Shown piece by piece: positions 1-9,116 of a stretch of DNA of 59,642 nt. This stretch comes from Candidatus Nanoarchaeia archaeon (lineage in GTDB: Archaea; Nanobdellota; Nanobdellia; UBA10117): assembly GCA_049969975.1 (NCBI GenBank), contig JBMFNW010000002.1, positions 1 to 59,642 on the forward strand, read 5' to 3'. The notes beneath the pieces are model-generated. The model was not told the DNA's origin, did no database searches, and was given only the letters and a program-made list of their open reading frames with translations. A program made the translations under genes and the position numbers. How positions within the stretch are numbered: the stretch's first letter is position 1; every line of letters begins with the position of its first letter.

Positions 1-323
1 TTTTCTACTGAATAATTTGTTTGATTTCGAGCATTGTCTAAATAAATTGAACAGACTAGAGTTGAGCTTAAATCATCTGTTGCTGTAAAGCTGAAATTAA
101 TAGTTTGAGTGGTGAATTGTGCGTTGTTGGCTGGCTCATTTAATGTTATGTTTAGGGGTAAATTCGGAACGATGGGACCGATAGTAGCTTTACCAGTAAA
201 GTATTTTCCAACAAAGATGGTGCCTGCAAGTGCTAAAAAGATCAAAAGAACTGCTGTTGCAGAGGCTTTTTTTGCAGAAATTTTTTTAACAAGTTTTTTA
301 GTTGTGTGTTTTAAAAAAGCCAT
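1..323 (-). CDS. partial CDS (N-terminal part; continues beyond window start): signal-anchored or secreted surface-type protein
   Basis: Reverse-strand ATG at 323-321 opens a frame that stays open to position 1 (MAFLKHTTKKLVKKISAKKASATAVLLIFLALAGTIFVGKYFTGKATIGPIVPNLPLNITLNEPANNAQF...). Basic N-terminus followed by one hydrophobic helix. Absent from the ORF track because it has no stop in the window. Confidence 0.45.
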   Translation of the reverse strand, partial: MAFLKHTTKKLVKKISAKKASATAVLLIFLALAGTIFVGKYFTGKATIGPIVPNLPLNITLNEPANNAQFTTQTINFSFTATDDLSSTLVCSIYLDNARNQTNYSVE

Positions 324-472
324 GGCCGTTAATATCTCTTTTTTTGAATTTATAAAGCTTTTTATATTTGTCTTAAAAGCAACAAAACTTTGTTAGGGCA
401 CGATAAACTCACAAACATGTTGAATTTAAATAAAAATAACGAAATATAAAAAGAAAATAAAATAACAAAATA

Positions 473-760
473 CTACTTCAATTTGCTAAAGATTTGTATG
501 GCCATCGAAATTGCGCCAATCAACACTAAGATAAATGCAATCACTAAGAAAATTATGTTTATCCAACTTATCGCTGCTGCTATGGTGGGTATCGCTGTAG
601 CAATTGGTTCTAGTGTTGCGGCCAAAATTAAAAACACCGCACCAGATGCAATGTAGCCAAGTTCTTTTTTCAGCGCTTCAACATAGCCACTGTACTTTAA
701 TAAAGCTAGGCCTACTAAAATTCCAACACCAATTCCTAAGACGCCTTCTAAAAAAGCCAT
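473..760 (-). CDS. small integral membrane protein (about 95 aa, 3 predicted helices)
   Basis: ORF 473..787. The internal ATG at 760 is preceded by GGAGGGTGA (reverse complement of 767-775), so that start is preferred. Highly hydrophobic sequence. Paralogous to 877..1158. Confidence 0.55.
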   Translation of the reverse strand: MAFLEGVLGIGVGILVGLALLKYSGYVEALKKELGYIASGAVFLILAATLEPIATAIPTIAAAISWINIIFLVIAFILVLIGAISMAIQIFSKLK

Positions 761-876
761 TTTTTTCACCCTCCGATAAAAATGCAAAGATCACTTATTT
801 AAGCGTGTTTTGTTACTTTTAAGGAGTAAATTTATTTACTCTAAATTTTTAGAAACCTCTTTGTTTATTTTTTAAC

Positions 877-1158
877 TTATTTTTTTAACAATTCTAGTGC
901 TGACCAAATCGCGCCTGCAAAAATCATTGCAAAGCCCACAGCTTCAATTGCAAAAGTTAGCCATGCTGTTATAGCTGAATTTAACTTAGCTTCGAAAATA
1001 CTTATGTTCCAAGCCAAAGCAATGATATAAAACATAAGACCTGCAGCAATAATGTTTATTTGTTTTTGTACTTGGTGCGAAATTGCAGCATATCTTAAAA
1101 GTACTAAAGTTGCTGCAAGACACAAGACAAATCCAAAAATACTACTTTCGATTGCCAT
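877..1158 (-). CDS. small integral membrane protein, paralog of 473..760
   Basis: 93 aa with the same length and helix pattern as its neighbour. Shared motifs: LL(K/R)Y..., A(S/A)G..F.I(L/I)A, AI(S/T).W......A(F)......GAI. .A...(F/L)(S/L)K(L/K)K. Confidence 0.55.
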   Translation of the reverse strand: MAIESSIFGFVLCLAATLVLLRYAAISHQVQKQINIIAAGLMFYIIALAWNISIFEAKLNSAITAWLTFAIEAVGFAMIFAGAIWSALELLKK

Positions 1159-1194
1159 AAAATTTTATTAAAAATCAAAATAAATAAAGCGATG

Positions 1195-1497
1195 TTATTT
1201 TCTTTGAGTGTTAACTTTTTTCGGTTTTTTAAATTTAAGATGGCCGAAATTAATTAGAAGATCAAAGTCTCTTAGAGGAGGTATATCACAAGCTCCAAAT
1301 GCACTTCCAGCCCAAATCCAAATTTGAACACTGAGTCCTTCAGAATTAAATTTTTTTTCTAGCTCATCAACAATTTCATTGGCAAAGGGTTTTAAACCAT
1401 CCGGCAATTGTAAGCAAATCTTTTTAGCTTGTATTTTTTTAACTTCAGAAACAACTTTATCTAATTCAAGATCATAGCCCATTGCTTTATAGTCCAT
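1195..1497 (-). pseudogene. dph2: truncated N-terminal fragment of diphthamide synthase Dph2 (2-(3-amino-3-carboxypropyl)histidine synthase)
   Basis: The 100-aa ORF aligns by eye with the first ~85 residues of archaeal Dph2 (Y.LELDKV...IK...AKK..LQ.PDGLK ... GACD ... DLLI.FGH). It then ends in a short basic tail. Archaeal Dph2 is about 330-340 aa. Confidence 0.45.
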
Positions 1498-1557
1498 TGT
1501 TTTGTTTCAAAATTCTTCTATAAAAGCTTTTAAGTAAAGCAGCCGATAAATTTGATA

Positions 1558-2295
1558 ATGCTAAAAGTATTAAAAATACCTGAAATTTACTGCGGTTGTA
1601 GTGGTTGGTATTATTCTTGGAATCCTGAATTAAGCCTAGATTGGTATGTTTCTAATTCAGGACTAAATGCAATAGAAGTAAATGCAAGTTTTTACAGATT
1701 TCCTTTTCCAAATCAAGTAAAGGCTTGGGCAAGAAAAGGAAAACAACTTAAATGGGTCATAAAAGTAAACAGATTAATAACACATAGATTTAAATTTGGC
1801 CAAAGAGCTTTAGAAATATTTAGAAACTTTCGAGAACTTTTTGAACCTCTTGAAAAATACATTGCATTTTATTTATTTCAGCTCCCGCCATCAACAACTC
1901 CAAATTCAGCAGAAAAAATTGCAAGTTTTCTTAAACATGCAAATCTTGAAAGAAAAGTAGCAATTGAACCAAGAAACTTAAAATGGTTTACAAAAGAGTG
2001 GCTAAATTGGGCAAAAGAAAAAAATATTACTTGGGTTAGCGTGGATTGCCCAGACCTTCCAAGAGACATTTACAAAACAACAAATTTTGTTTATGTGCGA
2101 ATGCATGGCAGAACTGCTTGGTATGCACATGATTATAGCCAAGAAGAGCTTAAAGATGTGGCTAAAAGAATTTTGGCTACAGAACCAAAAGCAGCATACG
2201 TTTTTTTCAACAATGATCATGACATGTTAAATAATGCGCAACAAATGTATTTAATTTTGAATCGTATGGCGAAAGGACAAAAAAAGCTTTTATAG
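1558..2295 (+). CDS. DUF72 family protein (YecE-like)
   Basis: CSGWYY.W, IEVNASFYRFP, QLPP and VRMHG motifs typical of DUF72. The ATG at 1558 is preferred over the TTG at 1552. Confidence 0.7.
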   Translation: MLKVLKIPEIYCGCSGWYYSWNPELSLDWYVSNSGLNAIEVNASFYRFPFPNQVKAWARKGKQLKWVIKVNRLITHRFKFGQRALEIFRNFRELFEPLEKYIAFYLFQLPPSTTPNSAEKIASFLKHANLERKVAIEPRNLKWFTKEWLNWAKEKNITWVSVDCPDLPRDIYKTTNFVYVRMHGRTAWYAHDYSQEELKDVAKRILATEPKAAYVFFNNDHDMLNNAQQMYLILNRMAKGQKKLL

Positions 2296-2315
2296 ACAGT
2301 TAGAAATTGTTTTTC

Positions 2316-3401
2316 ATGGAGCTAAAAGTACAAAAAGGAAATATATTTTTATACTATCTTTTTGATGTAGCATATGAAATTGCTCTGGAAAAAATTGTAA
2401 AGATGTTCGGAAAAAGGGCAGAAGTTTCGAAGCTCGTTTGTGAAAGAGTAATTCCAAAATATGTACAATATAAGACTGCCCCTTTACTTTTAAGACTTGG
2501 TAAAAGAAAGCTAACTGTGGGTAAAGAAAGTTGGAATGCAATAGTTAAAGCAAAAATATATGATTTTGGAATAATTTCTATTGTTTATCAAATTCCTTTA
2601 AATAAAAATGAAGGCTTAACAAGCATTGCTGCGCGCACAGAAGCTTTGGCAGAAAATGAAGTTTGTCAAAAAGAAGCAGAGGTGGAAGTTAAAAAATTGC
2701 TTGAAGAAATTGCTCCTGCTTTAAAGAGACCACATGCAGATCTTTCTTTTTGGGAAGATTATATTGTAGTTTCTGTTAAAGAGTTTAACACAGAATTGAG
2801 TGGGGATGAAATTTTAATGCAGGCCAGAGATCGCATAGCTAAAATTTTAAGGTGTGAAAAAGAAAAACTAAGTCGAGCTGAACTTGAAAATGCATTAAAA
2901 TATGTTTTAAGTTATTATGAAAATGAGTTTGTAGCAATTGATTGGCAAGCATCTTTTATTTACGATCCAAGACAAAGCTATGATGTGCTGGATGTTTTAG
3001 AATATGCCGTTGCAATGCTTTTAGAGCTTAGAATATATGATGAATTGCTAGATGATATTTTAAATAGAGCATACACAGATCTTTCTAAAAAAATTAAATT
3101 TTATTCTTTTGTGCTAAAAAACCTTATGGCTGCAAAACTAGACATATCCGAAATACTAGATAAAACCACAAATTCGCTAAAATTAATTGGAGATCTTTAT
3201 TTGGCAAAAATTTACAAAGCAGCTTCACAACGTTTTTATTTAGAAGAGCTCAGAAAGTCAATAGATGATAAGCTCAAAGCACTTGAAAGCATTTATGCAA
3301 TGCTTTTAGAACAATCACATAATATTTTATCATTATTTTTAGAAGCTGCAATAGTTTGCCTTTTTATACTTGATATTTTATTTTTGTTTTGGCTAAAATA
3401 G
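2316..3401 (+). CDS. hypothetical protein with C-terminal TM helix, possibly RMD1/DUF155 (COG1723)-like
   Basis: About 360 aa with a soluble body and a terminal helix (LEAAIVCLFILDILFLFWL). The overall motif layout resembles DUF155. This is a weak call from memory only. Confidence 0.4.
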   Translation: MELKVQKGNIFLYYLFDVAYEIALEKIVKMFGKRAEVSKLVCERVIPKYVQYKTAPLLLRLGKRKLTVGKESWNAIVKAKIYDFGIISIVYQIPLNKNEGLTSIAARTEALAENEVCQKEAEVEVKKLLEEIAPALKRPHADLSFWEDYIVVSVKEFNTELSGDEILMQARDRIAKILRCEKEKLSRAELENALKYVLSYYENEFVAIDWQASFIYDPRQSYDVLDVLEYAVAMLLELRIYDELLDDILNRAYTDLSKKIKFYSFVLKNLMAAKLDISEILDKTTNSLKLIGDLYLAKIYKAASQRFYLEELRKSIDDKLKALESIYAMLLEQSHNILSLFLEAAIVCLFILDILFLFWLK

Positions 3402-3403
3402 CT

Positions 3404-4201
3404 ATGAAATTTAAACAAAAATTGGCAGAGAAGACAGGTTTGCCCATACAAATACTTCCAGCCAGCTATCAAATTCTTGGCCATGTTTTGCTGCTAAAGT
3501 TAAGTTCTGCTGCTCAACGTCATGCAAAAGTTATTGCAAAAACAATACTAGAACTTTTTCCCTACATACAAACAGTTGCTCTGCAAAAAGGCATTAGTGG
3601 CGTTTATAGAGTTCCAAAAATAAAAATTCTTGCTGGCAAAAAAGAAACAGAAGTAAGACATAAAGAGCTTGGCTGTGAATTTTTTTTAGATGTGGCAAAA
3701 ATTATGTGGTCTAAAGGCAATCATGCAGAACGAGCAAGGTTAGTTGAAATAGTAAAACCAAATGAAATAATTTTAGATATGTTTGCTGGTATTGGTTATT
3801 GGTCAATACCAATAGCAAAGCACAAGCCTTGTGAAATTTTTGCAATTGAAAAACGAGCTCTAGCCTTTGAATATTTGTGTAAAAACATAAGATTAAATCG
3901 TGTTAATGTTATAGCAATAAAAGGAGATTGTAGGAAAATACTTGAGAATTATTCTTTTCCAAATCCAGACAGGATAATTATGGGCTATTTTCCAGGCACA
4001 CTTAATTTTTTACCATCAGCACTTTCTGTAGCAAAAAAAGGCACGGTAATACATTTTCATGATTTGGCAAAAAACTTGAACGAGCTTTGCAAGCAAGTTT
4101 TGACAACGGCTAAAGGAAAAGTCTGTATAAGTTCTGCAAGAATTGTTAAAGAATATTCAGCATCAAAACAACATTATGTTTTGGATCTTGTTGTTAAATA
4201 G
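3404..4201 (+). CDS. SAM-dependent tRNA methyltransferase or aminocarboxypropyl transferase of the Trm5/Taw2 (Met-10+) family
   Basis: ILDMFAGIGYWSIPIAK SAM-binding motif and the Met-10+ domain layout. The ATG at 3404 lies 3 nt after the upstream stop. Confidence 0.75.
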   Translation: MKFKQKLAEKTGLPIQILPASYQILGHVLLLKLSSAAQRHAKVIAKTILELFPYIQTVALQKGISGVYRVPKIKILAGKKETEVRHKELGCEFFLDVAKIMWSKGNHAERARLVEIVKPNEIILDMFAGIGYWSIPIAKHKPCEIFAIEKRALAFEYLCKNIRLNRVNVIAIKGDCRKILENYSFPNPDRIIMGYFPGTLNFLPSALSVAKKGTVIHFHDLAKNLNELCKQVLTTAKGKVCISSARIVKEYSASKQHYVLDLVVK

Positions 4202-4243
4202 AAAAATTTAAGTTTTACTTTCTTCAGTAATTTTTCCATTCAT

Positions 4244-6538
4244 TTAGCGTGCCAATTCGGCAGCTAGAGCTTTTATTTTTGCAACAGCGTCGATGTTTGC
4301 AGATATAGAATCTATGCCATATCTGATCAAAAGAGAAGCAATTTTTGGATCTGAACCAGCTTGCCCACATATTGAACTTTCAACACCCCATTTTTTACAA
4401 ACTTCTATAACGTGTCGCATTGCAGAAAGTACAGCGGGGTGTGCTTCTGAGTAAAGATTTGCAATTCTTTCATTGCCTCTATCAACACCAAGTATTGTTT
4501 GTGTCAAATCATTGCTTCCTATCGAAATAAAATCAAGGCCAAGTTTGCAAAAATCTTCTATGAGAAGTGCTGCTGCAGGAGTTTCTATCATAATTCCTAT
4601 TTTTATATCTTTGCTGGGCTCTAAGCCAACTTCTTTTACTATTTCTTTTGCTTTTACAACTTCTTCAATAGATATGACAAAAGGAAACATAACACCTATG
4701 TTAAAGCCTTCATTTACTAATCTTTTGAGTGCTCGCAATTCTGCTTTCAGCAGTTCTGGTTGGTCTAAAGAACGGCGAATGCCATGCCAGCCAAGCATAG
4801 GATTTGCTTCTTTTGGCTCGTTTTCTCCACCTTCGAGTTCTCTGTATTCATCAGTCCTTATGTCAGATGTTCTAACCCAAACAGGCTTATCTTTAAATTG
4901 CTCTGCAATTTTTTTAACACCAGCATAAATAAGTTCTTCATAAGCATCAAGTTTGCCTTCAGCTAAGTATTTTGCAGGATGCTTTCTGCCAGATGCTATT
5001 ATGCCTTCTAAACGCAGCAAGCCAACACCATCAGCATTAGTTTGTGCTGCACGCTCTGCAAAATCTGGGAGGTCTATTATGACTTTGACTTTTGTTTTTA
5101 ATGTCAAAGGTGCTAAAGGTGCTTGAGTTGGGGTTATAGTTGGTTGTTCTTCTTTTTTCTTTTCAATTTTTATTTCACCTTCGAAAACAAAGCCGCGATC
5201 TCCATCTACAGTGATTATTTGACCGTCTTTTAGTGTTTGAGTCGCAGTTTTTGTACCAACAACACACGGCTTACCCATTTCTCTAGAAACTATGCTCGCA
5301 TGAGCAGTCATACCACCATGATCTGTAACAATGGCGGCTGCTCTTTGCATTGCCGGAACAAAATCAGGTGTGGTCATAGTTGTAACTAAAATATCTCCTT
5401 TTTGCACTTTGTCAAGCTCAGCCATTGAAAGAATAATTTTTACAGGTCCAGAAGCAATTCCTGGGCTAGCACCAAGTCCTTTTAATATGGGTTCTGCAGG
5501 AATTGCTGCTTCTGCTATTTTTTCTTTTTTAAATGTTGTAACAGGTCTTGTTTGAACTAAGAAAAGTCTGCCTTGTTCTATTGCCCATTCCATATCTTGA
5601 GGAAAACCATAATGCGCTTCGACATCAAGTGCAAGTTTCCAAAGCCTTTGAATTTGCTCATCTGTTAAGACTCTTGCTTTTTGTTTTTCTTTTGGCAATG
5701 GTTTTTTAATGGTTTGGCCTGTGTAAGGATCTCGCGTAATAAAATGCTCTTGTCCAGGTATATCTTGTTCAATAAGTGTGCCGTTTTTTTTATCCAAAAT
5801 GTATGTGTTTGGATTTACTTCACCAGATACAACCGCTTCGCCAAGACCCCACGCAGCTTCTATGACAATTTGGTTTGGATTATTAGTAGCAGGATTTATG
5901 CTAAACATTACTCCCGAAGCGTCTGAATTAATTTGCTTTTGTACTACAACAGCAATCGCAACTTTCATGTGTGGAAAATTATTTTTGACTCTATAGTATA
6001 TAGCCCGAGGTGTGAACAAAGATGCCCAACAAGCTTGCACCGCACGCACAACAGCTTCTTTTCCACACACATTTAAAAAAGTGGCTTGCTGTCCTGCAAA
6101 TGAAGCTGTTGGAAGATCTTCTGCAGTTGCCGAGCTTCGTACTGCAACATATGGTGGCTCGCGAGGAGTTACTGAAAGAAGAGCTTGTGCAGATTTTATA
6201 TCTTTGAGCTCTTGTGCAGTATCAACATATTCATAAAACTCTTTTATTTCATCTTGCATTTCGATTGGCATAGAGCAAGACATAATAAGCGCTTGTATTT
6301 CAGAAGCTACTTTTTGCAGTTTGTCCGTATCTTCAATGTCTAAATTAGCAAGCATTTGTTCTATTTTTTTATCAAGTTTTCTCAATCTTAAAAATTCTTT
6401 ATATGCATTTGCGCAAACAACAAAGCCTGGCGGAACAGGAAAGCCAGCATTCCACATTTCTGCTAAATTTGCGCCTTTACCCCCTGCTTCTGGTATGGAA
6501 TTACGATTTAGTTGCTTAAACCATTTGCAATAGGCCAT
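4244..6538 (-). CDS. ppsA: phosphoenolpyruvate synthase (pyruvate, water dikinase)
   Basis: 764 aa with an N-terminal ATP-grasp (GGKGANLAEM), the phosphohistidine motif TDHGGMTAHASIVSREMGKPCVVG and a C-terminal PEP-utilizing TIM barrel (IGSNDLTQ). Confidence 0.95.
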   Translation of the reverse strand: MAYCKWFKQLNRNSIPEAGGKGANLAEMWNAGFPVPPGFVVCANAYKEFLRLRKLDKKIEQMLANLDIEDTDKLQKVASEIQALIMSCSMPIEMQDEIKEFYEYVDTAQELKDIKSAQALLSVTPREPPYVAVRSSATAEDLPTASFAGQQATFLNVCGKEAVVRAVQACWASLFTPRAIYYRVKNNFPHMKVAIAVVVQKQINSDASGVMFSINPATNNPNQIVIEAAWGLGEAVVSGEVNPNTYILDKKNGTLIEQDIPGQEHFITRDPYTGQTIKKPLPKEKQKARVLTDEQIQRLWKLALDVEAHYGFPQDMEWAIEQGRLFLVQTRPVTTFKKEKIAEAAIPAEPILKGLGASPGIASGPVKIILSMAELDKVQKGDILVTTMTTPDFVPAMQRAAAIVTDHGGMTAHASIVSREMGKPCVVGTKTATQTLKDGQIITVDGDRGFVFEGEIKIEKKKEEQPTITPTQAPLAPLTLKTKVKVIIDLPDFAERAAQTNADGVGLLRLEGIIASGRKHPAKYLAEGKLDAYEELIYAGVKKIAEQFKDKPVWVRTSDIRTDEYRELEGGENEPKEANPMLGWHGIRRSLDQPELLKAELRALKRLVNEGFNIGVMFPFVISIEEVVKAKEIVKEVGLEPSKDIKIGIMIETPAAALLIEDFCKLGLDFISIGSNDLTQTILGVDRGNERIANLYSEAHPAVLSAMRHVIEVCKKWGVESSICGQAGSDPKIASLLIRYGIDSISANIDAVAKIKALAAELAR

Positions 6539-6602
6539 GCTTTATTTAATAGTAAGTGTGTTTAAAAAGTTTATTTGTATTTTTGAAAAAAGTTCAAGAA
6601 AA

Positions 6603-7121
6603 CTAAGTTTCTTGTTTTACAACTATTTTGCAAGAAGTTGGAAGTTTTGCAGCAGCTTTGTTGAGCGCTTTTTTAGCTAATTGAACTTTATCTTCAGTAA
6701 CCCAAAGTGCAAACAGTGCTTGATTTTCTTTAACTTGTGCAGCATGTCCTTCCGGTCTTCCAAATGCTAATGACATTCCTCTTTGAAACCTGTCAGCACC
6801 AGCACCAGTAGCAAGCGGATTTAATCTTAACACGTGATGAGGAACAACCAAAACTTTGCCAGACCAACCTGTTTTAGAAACAGATTCCATTGTTTTAACA
6901 ATTGTTTGTCTGGCAGCTTCTAATGCATTGTCGCGAATTTGTAGAGCTTTTTTGGATAATAATTTGATTTCGATTGGATATTTGATTTTATCACCAATAT
7001 CATACTGCGTTACTTTGATGTGAGGAGCACCTTTTATGTATGCTTTAGATTTTACTTTAGATACCCTAACATAAGGTCTTTTGATTCGCCTATATGCAGA
7101 TGCTTGGCGGAGTTTTGCCAT
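6603..7121 (-). CDS. rpl10e: 50S ribosomal protein uL16 (L10e)
   Basis: MAKLRQASAYRRIKRPYVR... and the full-length pattern of L10e. Confidence 0.9.
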   Translation of the reverse strand: MAKLRQASAYRRIKRPYVRVSKVKSKAYIKGAPHIKVTQYDIGDKIKYPIEIKLLSKKALQIRDNALEAARQTIVKTMESVSKTGWSGKVLVVPHHVLRLNPLATGAGADRFQRGMSLAFGRPEGHAAQVKENQALFALWVTEDKVQLAKKALNKAAAKLPTSCKIVVKQET

Positions 7122-7329
7122 GTATTTATTTGAAAAAGAGCCTTTTTTAACTTTATTGGTTTAACATCCTCTTATAATTTAAAGACCATCACACAAATTT
7201 ACAAATTTTCGCATCTAGAACTTTTGAGAGGTAAAAATTTGCAAAAATTTATGTTAAATAAAATTTATGTTAAATAATTATGTAAAACACGCGGAAGCTT
7301 TATAAAATCTTGGGTTTAATAAAATTAAG

Positions 7330-7509
7330 ATGGACTTGCATCAAAAAACTAATCTTTTACTTTTCTCTACAGCATTGCTTGCAGCCACATTAATCCCAGC
7401 ATCCCTAACACAACTTGGGCAAATTTTGAGCTTAAGCGCTGTTCTATTCTTGGCTTTTTTGTTTGTTTTAGCATTTTTAGAACATTATAAAGAACGTTAT
7501 AAAAGGTGA
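7330..7509 (+). CDS. possible 59-aa two-helix membrane peptide (below ORF-track cutoff)
   Basis: Hand translation: MDLHQKTNLLLFSTALLAATLIPASLTQLGQILSLSAVLFLAFLFVLAFLEHYKERYKR*. It ends 4 nt before the next gene, and its 3' end carries the AGGTGA SD of that gene. Confidence 0.3.
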   Translation: MDLHQKTNLLLFSTALLAATLIPASLTQLGQILSLSAVLFLAFLFVLAFLEHYKERYKR

Positions 7510-7513
7510 TAAA

Positions 7514-7744
7514 ATGGTAGTTGCGTACGTTTTGGCGATTGTAAAATCTGGCTCTGAAAGAGAAGTTGTAGAGCTGCTAAGAAAGGAAAGCAAAGTGAAA
7601 GAAGTGTCTTTGGTTTACGGCGAATATGATATAATAGCTAAAATAGAACTTGGTGAAATTTCTGAACTTAGCGAATTTATTTTAGATAAAATACGATCAA
7701 TTCCTTTAATAGAGCGTACTACAACACTAATTGTAGCTGATTAA
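7514..7744 (+). CDS. stand-alone Lrp/AsnC ligand-binding (RAM) domain protein
   Basis: 76 aa (MVVAYVLAIVKSGSEREV...VYGEYDIIAKIE...FILDKIRSIPLIERTTTLIV), the typical AsnC_trans_reg fold pattern without an HTH. SD AGGTGA lies upstream. Confidence 0.75.
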   Translation: MVVAYVLAIVKSGSEREVVELLRKESKVKEVSLVYGEYDIIAKIELGEISELSEFILDKIRSIPLIERTTTLIVAD

Positions 7745-7835
7745 GGCTGTAAGTAGAGCCGACTAAAAACTGCAAACTAAAAAAACAAAAACTAAAAAGA
7801 CAAAGCTTTTAAAACTCTTTTTTTAAACCAAAATC

Positions 7836-8258
7836 ATGACATCGCCGCTAGATGTGCCAGCACAAGAGCTTGCAAAAGAAGTTGCACAAGAGTTAAAACA
7901 AAAAATAAAACCTCCTGCTTGGGCGCAATTTGTAAAAACAGGAGTGCACAAAGAACGTCCGCCCTTAGCAGAAGATTGGTGGTTTACGCGAGCAGCATCT
8001 ATACTTAGAACAATTTATCGCTATGGTCCAATAGGTGTTTCGAGGCTCAGAACCAAGTATGGCGGAGCAAAAAATAGAGGTGTAAAGCCAGAGCGCTTCA
8101 GAAAAGCTTCTGGAGCAATCATAAGAAAAATTCTTCAACAACTCGAGACGGCAGGTTATATAACTAAATCAAACACAAAGAAAAAAGGAAGAGTTATAAC
8201 GCCTGCCGGCTTATCGTTACTCACAAAAGCAGCTTTAAAAATTAAAAAATTAAAATAA
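7836..8258 (+). CDS. rps19e: 30S ribosomal protein eS19
   Basis: WWFTRAASILRTIYRYGPIGVSRLRTKYGG motif, plus synteny with PDCD5-eL39-eL31-aIF6. Confidence 0.9.
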   Translation: MTSPLDVPAQELAKEVAQELKQKIKPPAWAQFVKTGVHKERPPLAEDWWFTRAASILRTIYRYGPIGVSRLRTKYGGAKNRGVKPERFRKASGAIIRKILQQLETAGYITKSNTKKKGRVITPAGLSLLTKAALKIKKLK

Positions 8259-8273
8259 GTCGATTAAGTCAAA

Positions 8274-8546
8274 ATGGAAATTGGAACGAATGCAGAATCG
8301 ATAAAATTGGCTGAAATAAAAAGACAAGCATTGGTAAACGCACTCACAAAAGAAGCAAGGACTAGATTAAATATTTTAAAAACCACGCATCCAATCTTAG
8401 CAGCACAAGTTGAACAAAAAATACTCGAAGCAATGCTTGCAGGTCTTTTAAAGGAAAAAATTACAGAAGAAGGTCTTAAAACAATTTTAGCTAGAATTTC
8501 TCAAAAGCAAAGCTCTCAAAGCAATATTAAAATTGTGAGGAAATAA
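8274..8546 (+). CDS. PDCD5/TFAR19-family DNA-binding protein
   Basis: 90 aa with ALTKEARTRLNILKTTHPILAAQVEQKIL...G.L..KITEE.LK.IL, in the conserved position after eS19. Confidence 0.75.
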   Translation: MEIGTNAESIKLAEIKRQALVNALTKEARTRLNILKTTHPILAAQVEQKILEAMLAGLLKEKITEEGLKTILARISQKQSSQSNIKIVRK

Positions 8547-8719
8547 TGGTTAAAGTGCAGTCTTCGGGTAAGAAAAAAAGACTTGGCAGAGCAGCAAGAC
8601 AAACAAAATGGGCGCCAATATGGGTTGTGCCTAAAGCACTTGGAAAAGGAAAGAAAGTTCACCCCGCGAGATTAACTTTCATTAAAAGGAATTGGAGGAA
8701 GACAAAACTAAAAGCATAA
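8546..8719 (+). CDS. rpl39e: 50S ribosomal protein eL39 (57 aa, below ORF-track cutoff)
   Basis: Hand translation: MVKVQSSGKKKRLGRAARQTKWAPIWVVPKALGKGKKVHPARLTFIKRNWRKTKLKA*. TAATG overlap with the upstream stop. Conserved position before eL31. Confidence 0.85.
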   Translation: MVKVQSSGKKKRLGRAARQTKWAPIWVVPKALGKGKKVHPARLTFIKRNWRKTKLKA

Positions 8720-8720
8720 G

Positions 8721-9116
8721 ATGGTAGAAGAGATTGTTTATAATGTTCCGTTGAGGCGAGATTTTCTAAAAGCTTCAAAATGGAGAAGAGCAGAAAAAGC
8801 AATAACTGTTTTAAGAAATTTTGTTAAAAAGCATACAAAAGCCAAAGTTGTAAAATTGAGCAAATGGATAAATCAGCAAATATGGGCTCGAGGCTCAAAA
8901 TACCCTCCAGCCAAATTATCAATTAAGGTTTTATTAGATAAAGATAAAAGCGTGGCAAATGTAGATCTTTTAGAGCTGCCAAAGGAAGCTAAAAAAGAAG
9001 TTAAGAAAGAAGCAGCTAAAAAAGAAAAGGAAGTTAAAGTTGAGAAAAAAGAGGAAACTAAAGTAACTAAAGAAAAATCTGAGGAGACCAAAATTGAGCC
9101 TAAAATCAATGCATAA
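8721..9116 (+). CDS. rpl31e: 50S ribosomal protein eL31 with Lys/Glu-rich C-terminal extension
   Basis: The N-terminal ~85 aa match eL31 (YNVPLRR...KWRRAEKAI..LR.FV.KH). The last ~45 aa are a KE-rich low-complexity tail. Confidence 0.85.
   Translation: MVEEIVYNVPLRRDFLKASKWRRAEKAITVLRNFVKKHTKAKVVKLSKWINQQIWARGSKYPPAKLSIKVLLDKDKSVANVDLLELPKEAKKEVKKEAAKKEKEVKVEKKEETKVTKEKSEETKIEPKINA

Noticed and set aside
109-396. 95-aa plus-strand ORF at the window start
   Set aside because: It lies antisense to a better-supported minus-strand frame (ATG at 323, open to the window edge) that has a signal-anchor-like N-terminus. Its own sequence has no start context or recognisable features.
4473-6533. Nine plus-strand ORFs (60-151 aa) inside the ppsA region
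   Set aside because: All are antisense to a full-length, motif-complete PEP synthase gene. Their Ser/Ala/Cys-rich composition is typical of antisense frames.
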